Assembly (NCBI GenBank): GCA_963824245.1
Contig: CAWGON010000002.1
Location: 1,436,887-1,500,886, forward strand
Direction of reading: 5' to 3'
DNA: 64,000 nucleotides
Origin: an uncultured Thermoleophilia bacterium
GTDB lineage: Bacteria > Actinomycetota > Thermoleophilia > Solirubrobacterales > 70-9
Part shown: piece after piece, positions 45,838-55,034 of the stretch
Numbering within the stretch: position 1 is the stretch's first letter
Layout: each line of letters begins with the position of its first letter
Notes under the pieces: generated by a model
Database searches by the model: none
The model's input: only the letters and a program-made list of their open reading frames with translations
Told to the model about the DNA's origin: nothing
Made by a program: the position numbers and the translations under genes

Positions 45838-47356
45838 TGGCGCTGACCGAGACCCCGATGCAGCGCGAACGCGCGACGACGATCTACGAGAAGTCGAAGC
45901 CCGGCCGCCGCGCCGCGGTGCTGCCCGAGGCCGGGGTCCCGGAGGCGCCGCTGGAGGAGCTGATCCCGGCCCGCCTGCTGCGCGCCGAGGGGCCGAACCT
46001 GCCGGAGATCGCCGAGCCGGAGATCGTCCGCCACTACAACAAGCTCTCGCGCCGCAACTTCGACCTCGACAGCGGCTTCTACCCGCTCGGCTCCTGCACG
46101 ATGAAGCACAACCCGCGGCTCAACGAGCGGGTCGCGGCGCTGCCCGGCCACGCCCGCCTGCACCCCGCCCAGGACCCGCGCCGCGCCCAGGGGGCACTGG
46201 AGCTGATGTGGCTGCTGCAGGAGAGCCTGGGCGAGATCTGCGGCCTGCCCCACGTCAGCCTGCAGCCCTCGGCCGGCTCCCACGGCGAGCTCGCCGGCCT
46301 GCTGCTGACCCGCGCCTACCACGCCGACCGCGGCGAACAGCGGACCAAGGTGCTGGCCCCGGACACCTCCCATGGCACCAACCCGGCTTCGGTGACGATG
46401 GCCGGCTACGAGGTGGTCAAGGTCGCGACCAACGAGCGCGGCGGGGTCGAGATGGACGACCTGCGGGCGAAGATCGACGCCGATCCCGACCAGGTCGCCT
46501 GCCTGATGCTGACCAACCCGAACACGCTCGGGCTGTTCGACGAGAACATCGCCGAGATCGCCGGCCTGATCCACGCGGCGGGGGGGACGCTCTACTACGA
46601 CGGCGCCAACCTCAACGCGGTGATGGGCCAGTCGCGGCCCGGCGACATGGGCTTCGACATCGTCCACGTCAACCTCCACAAGTCGTTCAGCCAGCCGCAC
46701 GGCGGCGGCGGTCCCGGGGCCGGCCCGATCGCCGTCTCCGACCGCATCGAGCCCTTTCTGCCGCGCCCGCAGGTGGTCCGCCGCGAGGCCGACAACGGCC
46801 ACGGGCCGAGTTTCGACCTCGACTTCGACCGGCCCCAGTCGATCGGCCGCCTGCGCGGTTTCCAGGGCAACTTCGGCGTCTTCGTCCGCTCCTACGCCTA
46901 CATCCTCAGCCTCGGCGCCGACGGCCTCGCCGAGGCCTCCGAGACCGCCGTCCTCAACGCCAACTACCTGAAGGCCCGGCTCGCCGAGGGCCGCGCCGGC
47001 GAGCGCCTGCCGGTCGCCTTCGAGCGCCACTGCATGCACGAGTTCGTCCTCTCCGGCAAGCCGATGAAGAAGGAGCTGGGCCTGCAGACCCTCGACCTCG
47101 CCAAGCGCCTGCTCGACTTCGGCTTCCACCCGCCGACCGTCTACTTCCCGCTGCTGGTCGACGAGGCGCTGATGATCGAGCCGACCGAGACCGAGACCAA
47201 GGAGAGCCTCGACGCCTTCGCCGAGGCGGTCGAGAAGATCCTCGAGGAGGCCGAGTCCGATCCCGGGATCGCCAAGCGGCCCCCTACACGACCCCGGTCC
47301 GCCGCCTCGACGAGGTCCGGGCGACCCGCCACCCCGTGGTGCGCCAGCCCCTCTAG
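45837..47356 (+). CDS. gcvPB: Glycine dehydrogenase (decarboxylating) subunit 2; one frame break near 47275
   Basis: GSCTMKHNP and NLHKSFSQPHGGGGPG (PLP-lysine context). The frame-corrected C-terminus is ...APYTTPVRRLDEVRATRHPVVRQPL*. Confidence 0.88.
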
Positions 47357-48270
47357 AGCTCCGGCAATTCTTGTTCGAGCTCCAGCACCGGCGCGAAGAG
47401 GTCGCCGTGGCGCTCGATCCGCTCCAGCACCTCGCCGGCCTCGAAGACCAGCGCCGAGCCGTCGCCCGAGTCCGCCGCCGCCTCGACCTCCTCCCAGGTC
47501 AGCGGGGTGGAGGCGGTCGGCCGCTCGCGCGCCCGCAGCGAGTAGACGGCGATCGTCGTTTTGCTGCGGTGGTTCTGGGACCAGTCGACGAACACCTTGC
47601 CGCCGCGTTCGACCTTTTTCATCTTCGAGACGACGAGGTCGGGGGTCTGCTTTTCGAGCAGCTGGGCGATCGCTTTGGCAAACGGTTTGGTGAGGTCGTA
47701 GGAGACGTCCTTGCGGTTCAGCGGCACGTACACCTGCATCCCCTTCGAGCCCGAGGTCTTGGGGAAGCTCTCGACTCCGAAGTGGCCGAACATGTCGCGC
47801 AGCCGCAGCGCCACCCGGCAGCAGTCGACGACGTCGGCCGGCGGCCCCGGGTCGAGGTCGAAGGCCAGCACGGTCGGCCGCGTCGGCGCCCGTCCCAGCG
47901 AGAGCGAGGGGTGCAGCTCGACCGCCGCCAGCTGCGCCATCCAGACCAGGGTCGGGCGGCCGTCGCAGACGCAGAAGTCGATCTTGCCGGCGTTCGGGCC
48001 GGCGCGCACGCTCGTCGTCTTCACCCATTTGGGCCGGTGCTTGGGGCAGCGCTTCTCGAAGAAGGCGGAGTCGAGGTCCTCGACCCCTTCCGGGAAGCGG
48101 CGCAGGGTCACCGCGCGCCCCTTCAGGTGGGGGACCATCGCGTCGGCCACCTTGGCGTAGTAGTCGACCATCTCGCCCTTGCTGAACCCGACCTCCGGGT
48201 ACAGCACCTTGTCGAGGTTGGTGAGCTTCAGCTCACGCCCGTCGACCTCGACCGTCTGGCTCTCGGCCAC
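47353..48270 (-). CDS. ligD: LigD-type primase-polymerase (PolDom), stand-alone
   Basis: VDGRELKLTNLDKVLYP, LAFDLDP, KTSGSKGMQVYVPL and FVDWSQN. No ligase or phosphoesterase domain is attached. Confidence 0.85.
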   Translation of the reverse strand: MAESQTVEVDGRELKLTNLDKVLYPEVGFSKGEMVDYYAKVADAMVPHLKGRAVTLRRFPEGVEDLDSAFFEKRCPKHRPKWVKTTSVRAGPNAGKIDFCVCDGRPTLVWMAQLAAVELHPSLSLGRAPTRPTVLAFDLDPGPPADVVDCCRVALRLRDMFGHFGVESFPKTSGSKGMQVYVPLNRKDVSYDLTKPFAKAIAQLLEKQTPDLVVSKMKKVERGGKVFVDWSQNHRSKTTIAVYSLRARERPTASTPLTWEEVEAAADSGDGSALVFEAGEVLERIERHGDLFAPVLELEQELPEL

Positions 48271-48273
48271 GGC

Positions 48274-49182
48274 CTATTTCGAGGCTTTGGTTTTTTTGGG
48301 CTTGGTCGACTTCGCTTTTTTGGCTTTGGCTTTTGGTTTCGCCTTGGCCTTGGAAGTCGATTTGCGTTTCGCGGGAGTCCTTTTGGCGCCGCCCTCGCCG
48401 CCCTTGACGGCGGCGATGCTCTCCTCCAGCGCGGCCATCAGGTCGGGCGCCTTGGTCGCCTTCGCCGGCTCGGCCCCGGAGGCGACGATCTCCTTGCCTT
48501 CTGCCTTGCGTTCGATCAGCGCCAGCAGTTCCTCGCGGTGCTCGTCGCGGTAGCTGCTCGGGTCGAACTCGGTGGAGAGCGACTCGATCAGCGCTTCCGC
48601 CATCTGCTGCTCCTTCTTCTCCACCTTGCTCCTGCTCTCGGGGAAGGCGTCGTCGAGCTCGGCGGCGGGCACGACCTCGTCGGCGAAGCGCATCGTGGTC
48701 AGCGTCAGCACCCCGTCGGCGGCGCGGATCGCGGCCAGGTGCTGTTTGTTGCGGAAGACGAAGCGGGCGATCGCGGCCTTGCCGGAGGACTCCATCGCGC
48801 TGGCCAGCAGCGAGTAGGCCTTCTCGGCGCCGTCTTTGGGTCCCAGGTAGTAGGGGCTGTTGAAGTACATCGGGTCGATTTCCTCGATGTCGACGAAGTC
48901 GAGCACGTCGATCGCCTTCGAGCGCTCCGGCGCCAGCGCTTCGATCTCGCCCTTCGTCAGCGGCACGTACTGACCCTCCGCGAGCTCGTACGCTTTGACG
49001 ATCTGGTCGCGGGAGACTTCCTCGTCGGTGCCGTCGGCGAAGAGGCGGTGTTTGATCCGGGCGCTGTCGGACTCGCGGATTTCACGCAGGGCGATGTTGC
49101 GCCGCGCGACCGCGCTGTAGAGCTTCACGGGCACGTTCAGGAGCCCGAAGCTGATCGAACCGCTCCATATGGATCTCGCCAT
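48274..49182 (-). CDS. ku: Non-homologous end-joining protein Ku with a Lys-rich tail
   Basis: MARSIWSGSISFGLLNVPVKLYSA and the C-terminal KRKSTSKAKAKPKAKAKKAKSTKPKKTKASK. It lies immediately upstream of PolDom. Confidence 0.9.
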   Translation of the reverse strand: MARSIWSGSISFGLLNVPVKLYSAVARRNIALREIRESDSARIKHRLFADGTDEEVSRDQIVKAYELAEGQYVPLTKGEIEALAPERSKAIDVLDFVDIEEIDPMYFNSPYYLGPKDGAEKAYSLLASAMESSGKAAIARFVFRNKQHLAAIRAADGVLTLTTMRFADEVVPAAELDDAFPESRSKVEKKEQQMAEALIESLSTEFDPSSYRDEHREELLALIERKAEGKEIVASGAEPAKATKAPDLMAALEESIAAVKGGEGGAKRTPAKRKSTSKAKAKPKAKAKKAKSTKPKKTKASK

Positions 49183-49259
49183 CAGCGCATCACCTACCCG
49201 GATTGTTCCAGTCAATCCTCGGCTGCCCTGCCCGCCGTCGCCGGGCGAGAGCCATCTTG

Positions 49260-49304
49260 CGCGGCAGACCTTTGTTCCGGTATCCGGGACAAAGGTCTGC
49301 CGCG
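49260..49304. repeat. 45-bp palindrome, copy 2 of 2 (one mismatch in the stem)
   Basis: cgcggcagacctttgttccgg-tat-ccgggacaaaggtctgccgcg. It lies in the divergent ku/trpS intergenic region. Confidence 0.85.
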
Positions 49305-49315
49305 CGCGGCGTCAA

Positions 49316-49321
49316 TAGGCT
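49316..49321 (+). promoter_or_regulatory. -10-like TAGGCT, 8 nt upstream of the trpS ATG and 11 nt after the palindrome
   Basis: The sequence reads aaTAGGCT-gagaggac-ATG(49330). Confidence 0.35.
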
Positions 49322-49329
49322 GAGAGGAC

Positions 49330-50319
49330 ATGAGCGACGCCCCGATCGTCTTCTCCGGCATCCAGCCGACCGGCCGCAAGCACCTCGGCAACTACATCGG
49401 CGCGATCCGCCAGTACGTCGAGGCCCAGGAGCGCGGCGAGCCGGCGATCTTCTGCATCGTCGACCTGCACGCGATCTCGATCGCCTACGACCCGCAGGAG
49501 CTGCGCGAGCGCCTCTACGACACGATCGCGATCCTGCTCGCCGCCGGGCTCGACCCCGAGCGCTGCATCCTCTTCCGCCAGTCCGACGTGCGCGAGCACA
49601 CCGAGCTGACCTGGCTGCTCTCCGCCGTCACCTCGCACGGTGACCTCAACCGCATGCACCAGTTCAAGGACAAGTCGGCGCGCCAGCGCGAGCTGGTCTC
49701 GGCGGCGCTCTTCTACTACCCGGTGCTGATGGCCGCCGACGTGCTCGCCTACCGCGCCACCGAGGTCCCGGTCGGCGACGACCAGCGCCAGCACGTCGAG
49801 CTGATGCGGGAGATCGCCCGCCGCTTCAACGATCGCTTCGGCGAGCTGCTGGTCGTGCCGGAGCTGCTGGTCCCCGAGGTCGGCGCCCGGATCATGGACC
49901 TGCAGGAGCCGGAGCGGAAGATGTCCACCTCCAACGCCAGCGAGGCCGGCACCGTCTACGTGCTCGACCAGCCCGGCGCGATCCGCAAGAAGTTCGGCAG
50001 CGCCGTCACCGACTCCGGCCGCGAGGTGGCGCGGGCGCCCGGCAAGGCCGGGATCTCGAACCTGATCGACATCCTCGCCGTCGCCCGTGGCGCCGACCAG
50101 TCGGCGGTCGAGGCGGAGTTCGCTGGAGCCGGCTACGGCGACTTCAAGAAGGCGGTCGCAGAGGGTGTGATCGATCTGCTGGAGCCGGTCCAGGAGCGCT
50201 ACGCCGAGCTGCGCCCCGACGAGGCGGCGCTGGAGGCCGTGCTCGCCGCCGGCGCCGGCAAGGCGCGCGCGCTCGCCGCCCCGACCGTCGCCGCGGTGCG
50301 CGACCGCATGGGCTTCTAG
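49330..50319 (+). CDS. trpS: Tryptophan--tRNA ligase
   Basis: FSGIQPTGRKHLGNYIGA (HIGH-class motif), GDDQRQH and KMSTS. Confidence 0.93.
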   Translation: MSDAPIVFSGIQPTGRKHLGNYIGAIRQYVEAQERGEPAIFCIVDLHAISIAYDPQELRERLYDTIAILLAAGLDPERCILFRQSDVREHTELTWLLSAVTSHGDLNRMHQFKDKSARQRELVSAALFYYPVLMAADVLAYRATEVPVGDDQRQHVELMREIARRFNDRFGELLVVPELLVPEVGARIMDLQEPERKMSTSNASEAGTVYVLDQPGAIRKKFGSAVTDSGREVARAPGKAGISNLIDILAVARGADQSAVEAEFAGAGYGDFKKAVAEGVIDLLEPVQERYAELRPDEAALEAVLAAGAGKARALAAPTVAAVRDRMGF

Positions 50320-50322
50320 TCT
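50317..50322 (+). promoter_or_regulatory. -10-like TAGTCT, 7 nt upstream of the scpA ATG
   Basis: The sequence reads TAGTCT-gggctgg-ATG(50330). It overlaps the trpS stop. Confidence 0.25.
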
Positions 50323-50329
50323 GGGCTGG

Positions 50330-51073
50330 ATGGCGGTCTCCGAACTCGACCTCGATCTCGACCTCGACATCTTCGCGGGGCCGTTCGACCTGCTGCTGGC
50401 GGTGGTCCTGCGCGAGGAGGTCAGCCTGCTCGACCTGCAGCTGGGTGAGGTCGTGGTCTCCTACGTCGAGCACCTGGAGCGCGAGGGCGAGCTGGAGCTC
50501 GAGGTAGCGACCGAGTTCCTGGTCCTGATCGCGGCGCTGCTGGAGCTGAAGTCGCGGCTGATGCTGCCGGGGCCCGAGGACGGCCTCGAGGAGCTGGCGC
50601 CCGAGGAGGCGGTCGAGGAGCTGCTGGCGCGGATGCTCGAGTACCGCCGCTACCGCGACGCCTCGGCGGTCCTGGCCGACCGCTTCGAGTCCCAGCGCGG
50701 CTACCTCTACCGCTCGGCGCCGCTGCCGCCGCAGCTGCGGCGGGTCGAGGTCGACGCGGCGGTCGCCGTCTACGACCCGGAGCTGCTCGGCACCGCGATC
50801 GGCGACCTCCTGGTCGAGCCGGAGGAGATCGACCTCAGCCACATCCGCCCGACCGTCTCCCTGGAGCGCCGCCTGCGGGCGCTGCGCGACGCGCTCGGCC
50901 GCCGCACGAACTTCGACTTCGACGACGAGTTCGGCGGCGAGGACCGGCTGACCCAGGCGGTCACCGTGTTCGCCCTGCTGGAGCTCTACCGCAAGGGCGA
51001 GGTGACCTGGGAGCAGTCCGAGCCCTTCGGCCCGATCACGGTGAAGAAGACGAGCCCGGGGGCGGCCGCGTGA
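50330..51073 (+). CDS. scpA: Segregation and condensation protein A
   Basis: FAGPFDLLLAVVLREEVSLLDLQLGEVV and EFLVLIAALLELKSRLMLP. Confidence 0.88.
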   Translation: MAVSELDLDLDLDIFAGPFDLLLAVVLREEVSLLDLQLGEVVVSYVEHLEREGELELEVATEFLVLIAALLELKSRLMLPGPEDGLEELAPEEAVEELLARMLEYRRYRDASAVLADRFESQRGYLYRSAPLPPQLRRVEVDAAVAVYDPELLGTAIGDLLVEPEEIDLSHIRPTVSLERRLRALRDALGRRTNFDFDDEFGGEDRLTQAVTVFALLELYRKGEVTWEQSEPFGPITVKKTSPGAAA

Positions 51074-51642
51074 GCGACCTTGCCCGCACGGTCGAGGCGC
51101 TGCTCTTCCTCTCCGCCCAGCCGGTCAGCGCCGCCGACCTGGCGCTGGCGACCGAGGCGACCGAGGGCCAGGTCGAGGAGGCGATCGACCTCCTCCGCGA
51201 GGACCTCGGCGAGGGCCGGCGCGGGGTGGTCCTGCGCGAGGTCTCGGGCGGCTTCACCCTGGCCAGCGACCCGGCCAGCGAGGAAGCGGCGCGGCGGCTG
51301 CTGGCGAAGCCGCGGACCCCGCCGCTGACCCAGGCGCAGGCGGAGACGCTGGCGATCGTCGCCTACCTGCAGCCGGTCTCGCGGCCGGAGATCGCCCGCA
51401 TCCGCGGGGTCAGCGGCGAGTCGGCGGTGCAGACGCTGGCCGAGCGCGGCCTGATCGAGGAGTCGGGCCGCTCGCGCTTCGGCGCCGCGATCTTCAAGAC
51501 TTCGGAGCTGTTCGAGCGGCTCTTCGGGCTCTCCGGCCTCGACCAGCTCCCCGACCCGGCCCGCTTCGACCCCAGCCCCGAGGACGAGCGCGAGCTGCGC
51601 GAGCGCCTGCTCAAGGCCGGCGAACAGCGCTCGGACTCATGA
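51070..51642 (+). CDS. scpB: Segregation and condensation protein B
   Basis: VEALLFLSAQPVS, LTQAQAETLAIVAYLQPVSRPEIARIRGV and FKTSELFERLFGL. Confidence 0.88.
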   Translation: MSDLARTVEALLFLSAQPVSAADLALATEATEGQVEEAIDLLREDLGEGRRGVVLREVSGGFTLASDPASEEAARRLLAKPRTPPLTQAQAETLAIVAYLQPVSRPEIARIRGVSGESAVQTLAERGLIEESGRSRFGAAIFKTSELFERLFGLSGLDQLPDPARFDPSPEDERELRERLLKAGEQRSDS

Positions 51643-51644
51643 GG

Positions 51645-51716
51645 CGGGAGAGCCGGGCGAAGACTCGCCGTCGCAACAGCGGGGAGGCTCCGTCGAGTCA
51701 TCCCCCGGCTCTCCCG
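51645..51716. other. Long interrupted hairpin between scpB and rluB
   Basis: cgggagagccggg (51645-51657) pairs with cccggctctcccg (51704-51716). An inner pair is gactcg / cgagtc. It ends 2 nt before the rluB GTG. Confidence 0.45.
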
Positions 51717-51718
51717 AC

Positions 51719-52420
51719 GTGAGGCTGGCGAAGTACCTCGCCCACGGAGGGGTGGCCTCGCGGCGCAAGGCCGAGGAGATCATCGCCAAGGGCGTCGTCA
51801 CGGTCGACGGCAAGGTCGTCACCGATCCCGCCCGGGACGTCGGCCACGAGGACGATGTCCGCGTCAACGGCAGCGAGATCGGCACGGAGAAGCTCGAGGT
51901 CTGGGCCGTGAACAAGCCGGTCGGCGTCGTCTCCACCGCGAAGGAGCCGGGAACCCGCCCGGCGGTGGTCGATCTGGTCGATTCGCCGGCCCGGCTCTAC
52001 CCAGTCGGGCGCCTCGACGCCGACTCGACCGGCCTGCTGCTGCTGACCAACGACGGCGAGCTCGCCAATCACCTCACCCATCCCCGCTACGGGGTCGCCA
52101 AGACCTACCTCGCCCGCCTCGGCAAGCCGCCCACCGACCGCGACCTCAGCCGCCTGCGCAACGGCCTGAAGCTGGAGGACGGCCCGACCGCGCCGACCGA
52201 GGTGACGCGGGTCAGCCGCCAGGAAGTCGAGATCGTCATGCGCGAAGGCCGCAATCGGCAGGTCCGCCGCATGGTCGAAGCGGTCGGCAACCGGGTGGTG
52301 GCGCTGAAACGAACCGGCTTCGGCCCGCTGCGGCTCGGCAGGCTGACGGGGGGCGGCAGCCGTCGCCTCACCGAGCAGGAGATCGCGGCGCTCCGGAAGA
52401 TCTCGGGCCAGGACCGCTAG
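51719..52420 (+). CDS. rluB: Pseudouridine synthase (RsuA/RluB family) with an S4 domain
   Basis: RLAKYLAHGGVASRRKAEEII is an S4 domain. GRLDADSTGLLLLTNDGEL is the catalytic Asp motif. It also has EGRNRQVRRM. Confidence 0.85.
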   Translation: MRLAKYLAHGGVASRRKAEEIIAKGVVTVDGKVVTDPARDVGHEDDVRVNGSEIGTEKLEVWAVNKPVGVVSTAKEPGTRPAVVDLVDSPARLYPVGRLDADSTGLLLLTNDGELANHLTHPRYGVAKTYLARLGKPPTDRDLSRLRNGLKLEDGPTAPTEVTRVSRQEVEIVMREGRNRQVRRMVEAVGNRVVALKRTGFGPLRLGRLTGGGSRRLTEQEIAALRKISGQDR

Positions 52421-53385
52421 GCCCTCCACGCGCATCCAGCTCGCGCAGGATCGCGTCGAGCACCAGCTCCGGCTCGCGTTCGACCTGGCGCCAGGTGGGT
52501 CTGAGGGTCTTGTATCCGGCGCGCATCAGTTCGCGATCGCGCCGGCGATCGCGCTCGAAGGCGATCTCGGTGCCGTGGTGGCGGCGGCTGTCGGCCTCGA
52601 CTACGAAGCGGTGGTCGGGCCAGAGCAGGTCGACCTCGAGCCGGCCACCGGGGGTCTGGACGGGGGCGTTGACCTGGGGCGCCGGCAGGTCGGTCGCCGC
52701 GAGCAGCGGCAACAGCCGCGCCTCGAACGGGCTGCGGAGCCGCGCTTTCGGCACCAGCTCGGTCGCCGCCCGCCACTCGGCCGCGATCGCCAGCACCAGC
52801 GGCGTCCCCGGCCGCGGTCGCTGCCGCGCCGCCGCTTCGACCGCATCGAGGTCGAGCGCCCCATCCGCCGCCGCCCGCTCGAACCCGGCCCGCAGCGTCC
52901 GCCCCCGCACCGTTCCCGCGAGATCGACCAGCGTCCGCGCCGGGCTGGTGCAGGGGATCCCGTCGGCCGACCCGCGCTCCGCCGGCGTCGGGACCGGCAC
53001 GCCATGGGCGCGGACCCCGTCGATCTTGCGGCCCCGGCCCGGCGCCGAGGCGATCGCGTCGACCACGACCGGCGCCCGGTCCGCCAGTCCCAGCAGGACC
53101 GCGGCGCTGCGGTGGGAGACGACGCTTCCGTCCCCGCAGGCCAGCACCGCGGCCATCATCCGCCCCCGCTCGCCGATCCGGCCGTGCCCGACCGCGAAGA
53201 CGCCCCGAAAGACGGGGTGCAGGCGCCCGGCGGCCCGGGCTCTGTCGATCGCGTCGTCGCTCAGTCCAAGTGCCCGCAACTGATGGCGAGAGACGACACC
53301 GTGCTGGCTCTCGGCGAGCTCTGCGACCCGCCAGCCGATTCCGCTGTTCCTTTTCCGCGCTATCCGCGGATAAGGCGCAGCGCAT
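52368..53385 (-). CDS. DUF559 endonuclease-domain protein (Vsr-like fold) with an N-terminal winged-helix-like region; one frame break near 53325
   Basis: LAESQHGVVSRHQLRALGLSDDAIDRARAAGRLHPVFRGVFAVGH and the C-terminal EVDLLWPDHRFVVEADSRRHHG...RDRRRDRELMRAGYKTLRPTW. Confidence 0.65.
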
Positions 53386-53411
53386 CGAGTTCCTCCCCCG
53401 GCTTTGGGAAG

Positions 53412-53822
53412 ATGGGGGGCATGGAGATGGAGCGAGGCAGGTACGAGGGGGGCGAACAGCGGCTGTTCGCGGTGCGCGGCGCCGTGCAGGCCGAGGTCAA
53501 CGAGGGCGACGCGATCCTCGACGCGACCGAGGAGCTGCTGCGGACGCTGATCGACCGCAACCGGCTCGAGCCGGCCGACATGGTCAGCTGCCTGTTCACG
53601 ACCACAGACGACCTCGACGCCGAGTTCCCCGCTGCCGCCGCCCGCCGGCTCGGGCTCGACCAGGTGCCGCTGCTCTGCTGCCGGGAGATCCCGGTGCCGG
53701 GCTCGATGCCGCGGGTGATCCGGGTGATGCTCTACTTCTACGCGCCGGTCGGCCACAGCCCCGCGCACGCGTACATCGGCGAGGCGCAGAAGCTGCGCGC
53801 CGACCTCGAAGCGGCGCAATGA
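53412..53822 (+). CDS. aroH: Chorismate mutase, AroH class
   Basis: LFAVRGAVQAEVNEGDAILDATEELL, DMVSCLFTTTDDLDAEFPAAAARRLG and IRVMLYF. Confidence 0.8.
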   Translation: MGGMEMERGRYEGGEQRLFAVRGAVQAEVNEGDAILDATEELLRTLIDRNRLEPADMVSCLFTTTDDLDAEFPAAAARRLGLDQVPLLCCREIPVPGSMPRVIRVMLYFYAPVGHSPAHAYIGEAQKLRADLEAAQ

Positions 53823-54913
53823 CGGTCACCTTCGCCGAGAAGCTGGCGCGGATGCCGGGCTACAAGGCCGGCGTCCCGACCGGGCAGTCCTCCGAGGAGG
53901 TCGCCTCGGGCGGGATCGCCCAGCTCGCCTCCAACGAGTCCTCGTTCCCGCCGCACCCGGCGGTGGTCGAGGCGATCCAGCGCACCGCCGCGGCGATGAA
54001 CCGCTACCCGGACCCCGACGCGACCCTGCTGCGCCAGCGCCTCGCCGAGCGCTACGAGACGGAGCCGGGCCGGGTCGCCGTCGCCAACGGCTCCTGCGAG
54101 ATCCTCCTCGCCGCCGCCGAGGCGCTCTGCGAGCCGGGGGCCGAGATCGTCTACGCCTGGCCCTCGTTCTCGATGTACCCGTACCTGCCGGCGCTGACCG
54201 GCGCCCGCGAGATCCGCGTCCCGCTCGCCCCCGGCGACGTCCACGACCTCGAGGCGATGGCCAACGAGGTGACCGCGGCGACCCAGCTGCTGATCGTCTG
54301 CAACCCGAACAACCCGACCGCGACCCACATCCCCGCGGCCGAGATCGCCGAGTTCTGCGAGCGCATCCCGCCGCACGTGACGGTGATCCTCGACGAGGCC
54401 TACATCGAGTTCCAGACCAACGACGACCCCGACGCCACCCTCGACCTGCTCGAGGACTTCCCGAACCTGGTCGTCCTGCGCACCTTCAGCAAGTGCTACG
54501 GCCTGGCCGGGCTGCGGGTCGGCTACGCGATCGGCTCCGCCGGCTTCCGCGCCGCGGTCGACGCGGTGCGCCAGCCGTTCAGCGTCAACGCCCTCGCGCA
54601 GGCGGCCGGGGCGGAGGCGATCGGCCACCAGGACGACGTCCTGCGCCGGGTCGAGAGCACCGTCGCCGAGCGGCTGCGGGTGCAGGAGGGCCTGGCCGAG
54701 CTCGGGCTGGAGACCTCCGAGTCGCAGGCCAACTTCTCCTGGGTCGATCTCGGCGACGCCGACGAGGGCGAGGTGATCGCCGGCCTCGCCGAGCGGCTGA
54801 TCGCCGTCCGCGCCGGAACCCCGCTCGGCGACCCCGGTCACATCCGCGTCACCTACGGCACTCCCGAGGAGAACGGCCGCTTCCTCGGCGTCCTGTCGGA
54901 ATTACTCGACTAA
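53819..54913 (+). CDS. hisC: Histidinol-phosphate/aromatic aminotransferase
   Basis: LASNESSFPP, NRYPDP, NPNNPT and RTFSKCYGLAGLRVGY (PLP lysine). The ATGA overlap links it to aroH. Confidence 0.85.
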   Translation: MTVTFAEKLARMPGYKAGVPTGQSSEEVASGGIAQLASNESSFPPHPAVVEAIQRTAAAMNRYPDPDATLLRQRLAERYETEPGRVAVANGSCEILLAAAEALCEPGAEIVYAWPSFSMYPYLPALTGAREIRVPLAPGDVHDLEAMANEVTAATQLLIVCNPNNPTATHIPAAEIAEFCERIPPHVTVILDEAYIEFQTNDDPDATLDLLEDFPNLVVLRTFSKCYGLAGLRVGYAIGSAGFRAAVDAVRQPFSVNALAQAAGAEAIGHQDDVLRRVESTVAERLRVQEGLAELGLETSESQANFSWVDLGDADEGEVIAGLAERLIAVRAGTPLGDPGHIRVTYGTPEENGRFLGVLSELLD

Positions 54914-54944
54914 TCGCCGGCAGCGTGGTACAAACAAGCGCAAG

Positions 54945-55034
54945 GTGAAGACGAAACGCACATCCGCGAACGGCCCCCGCGCGCTCCGCGCCGCCGTCGC
55001 CCCTGCGTATCTCACCTATTGGCGATTTAGCTAG
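54945..55034 (+). CDS. Candidate 29-codon leader peptide rich in aromatic residues at its 3' end
   Basis: Translation from the GTG gives MKTKRTSANGPRALRAAVAPAYLTYWRFS*. It has Tyr, Tyr, Trp and Phe in the last 8 codons and is followed by GC-rich pairing segments, upstream of DAHP synthase. Confidence 0.35.
   Translation: MKTKRTSANGPRALRAAVAPAYLTYWRFS

Noticed and set aside
49183-49329. T-box leader upstream of trpS, and SAM riboswitch upstream of metK (60681-60717)
   Set aside because: The spacers (about 147 nt and 37 nt) are too short, and they lack the T-box motif and the SAM-I/SAM-IV conserved cores. Both genes instead show a -10-like hexamer directly before the start codon.
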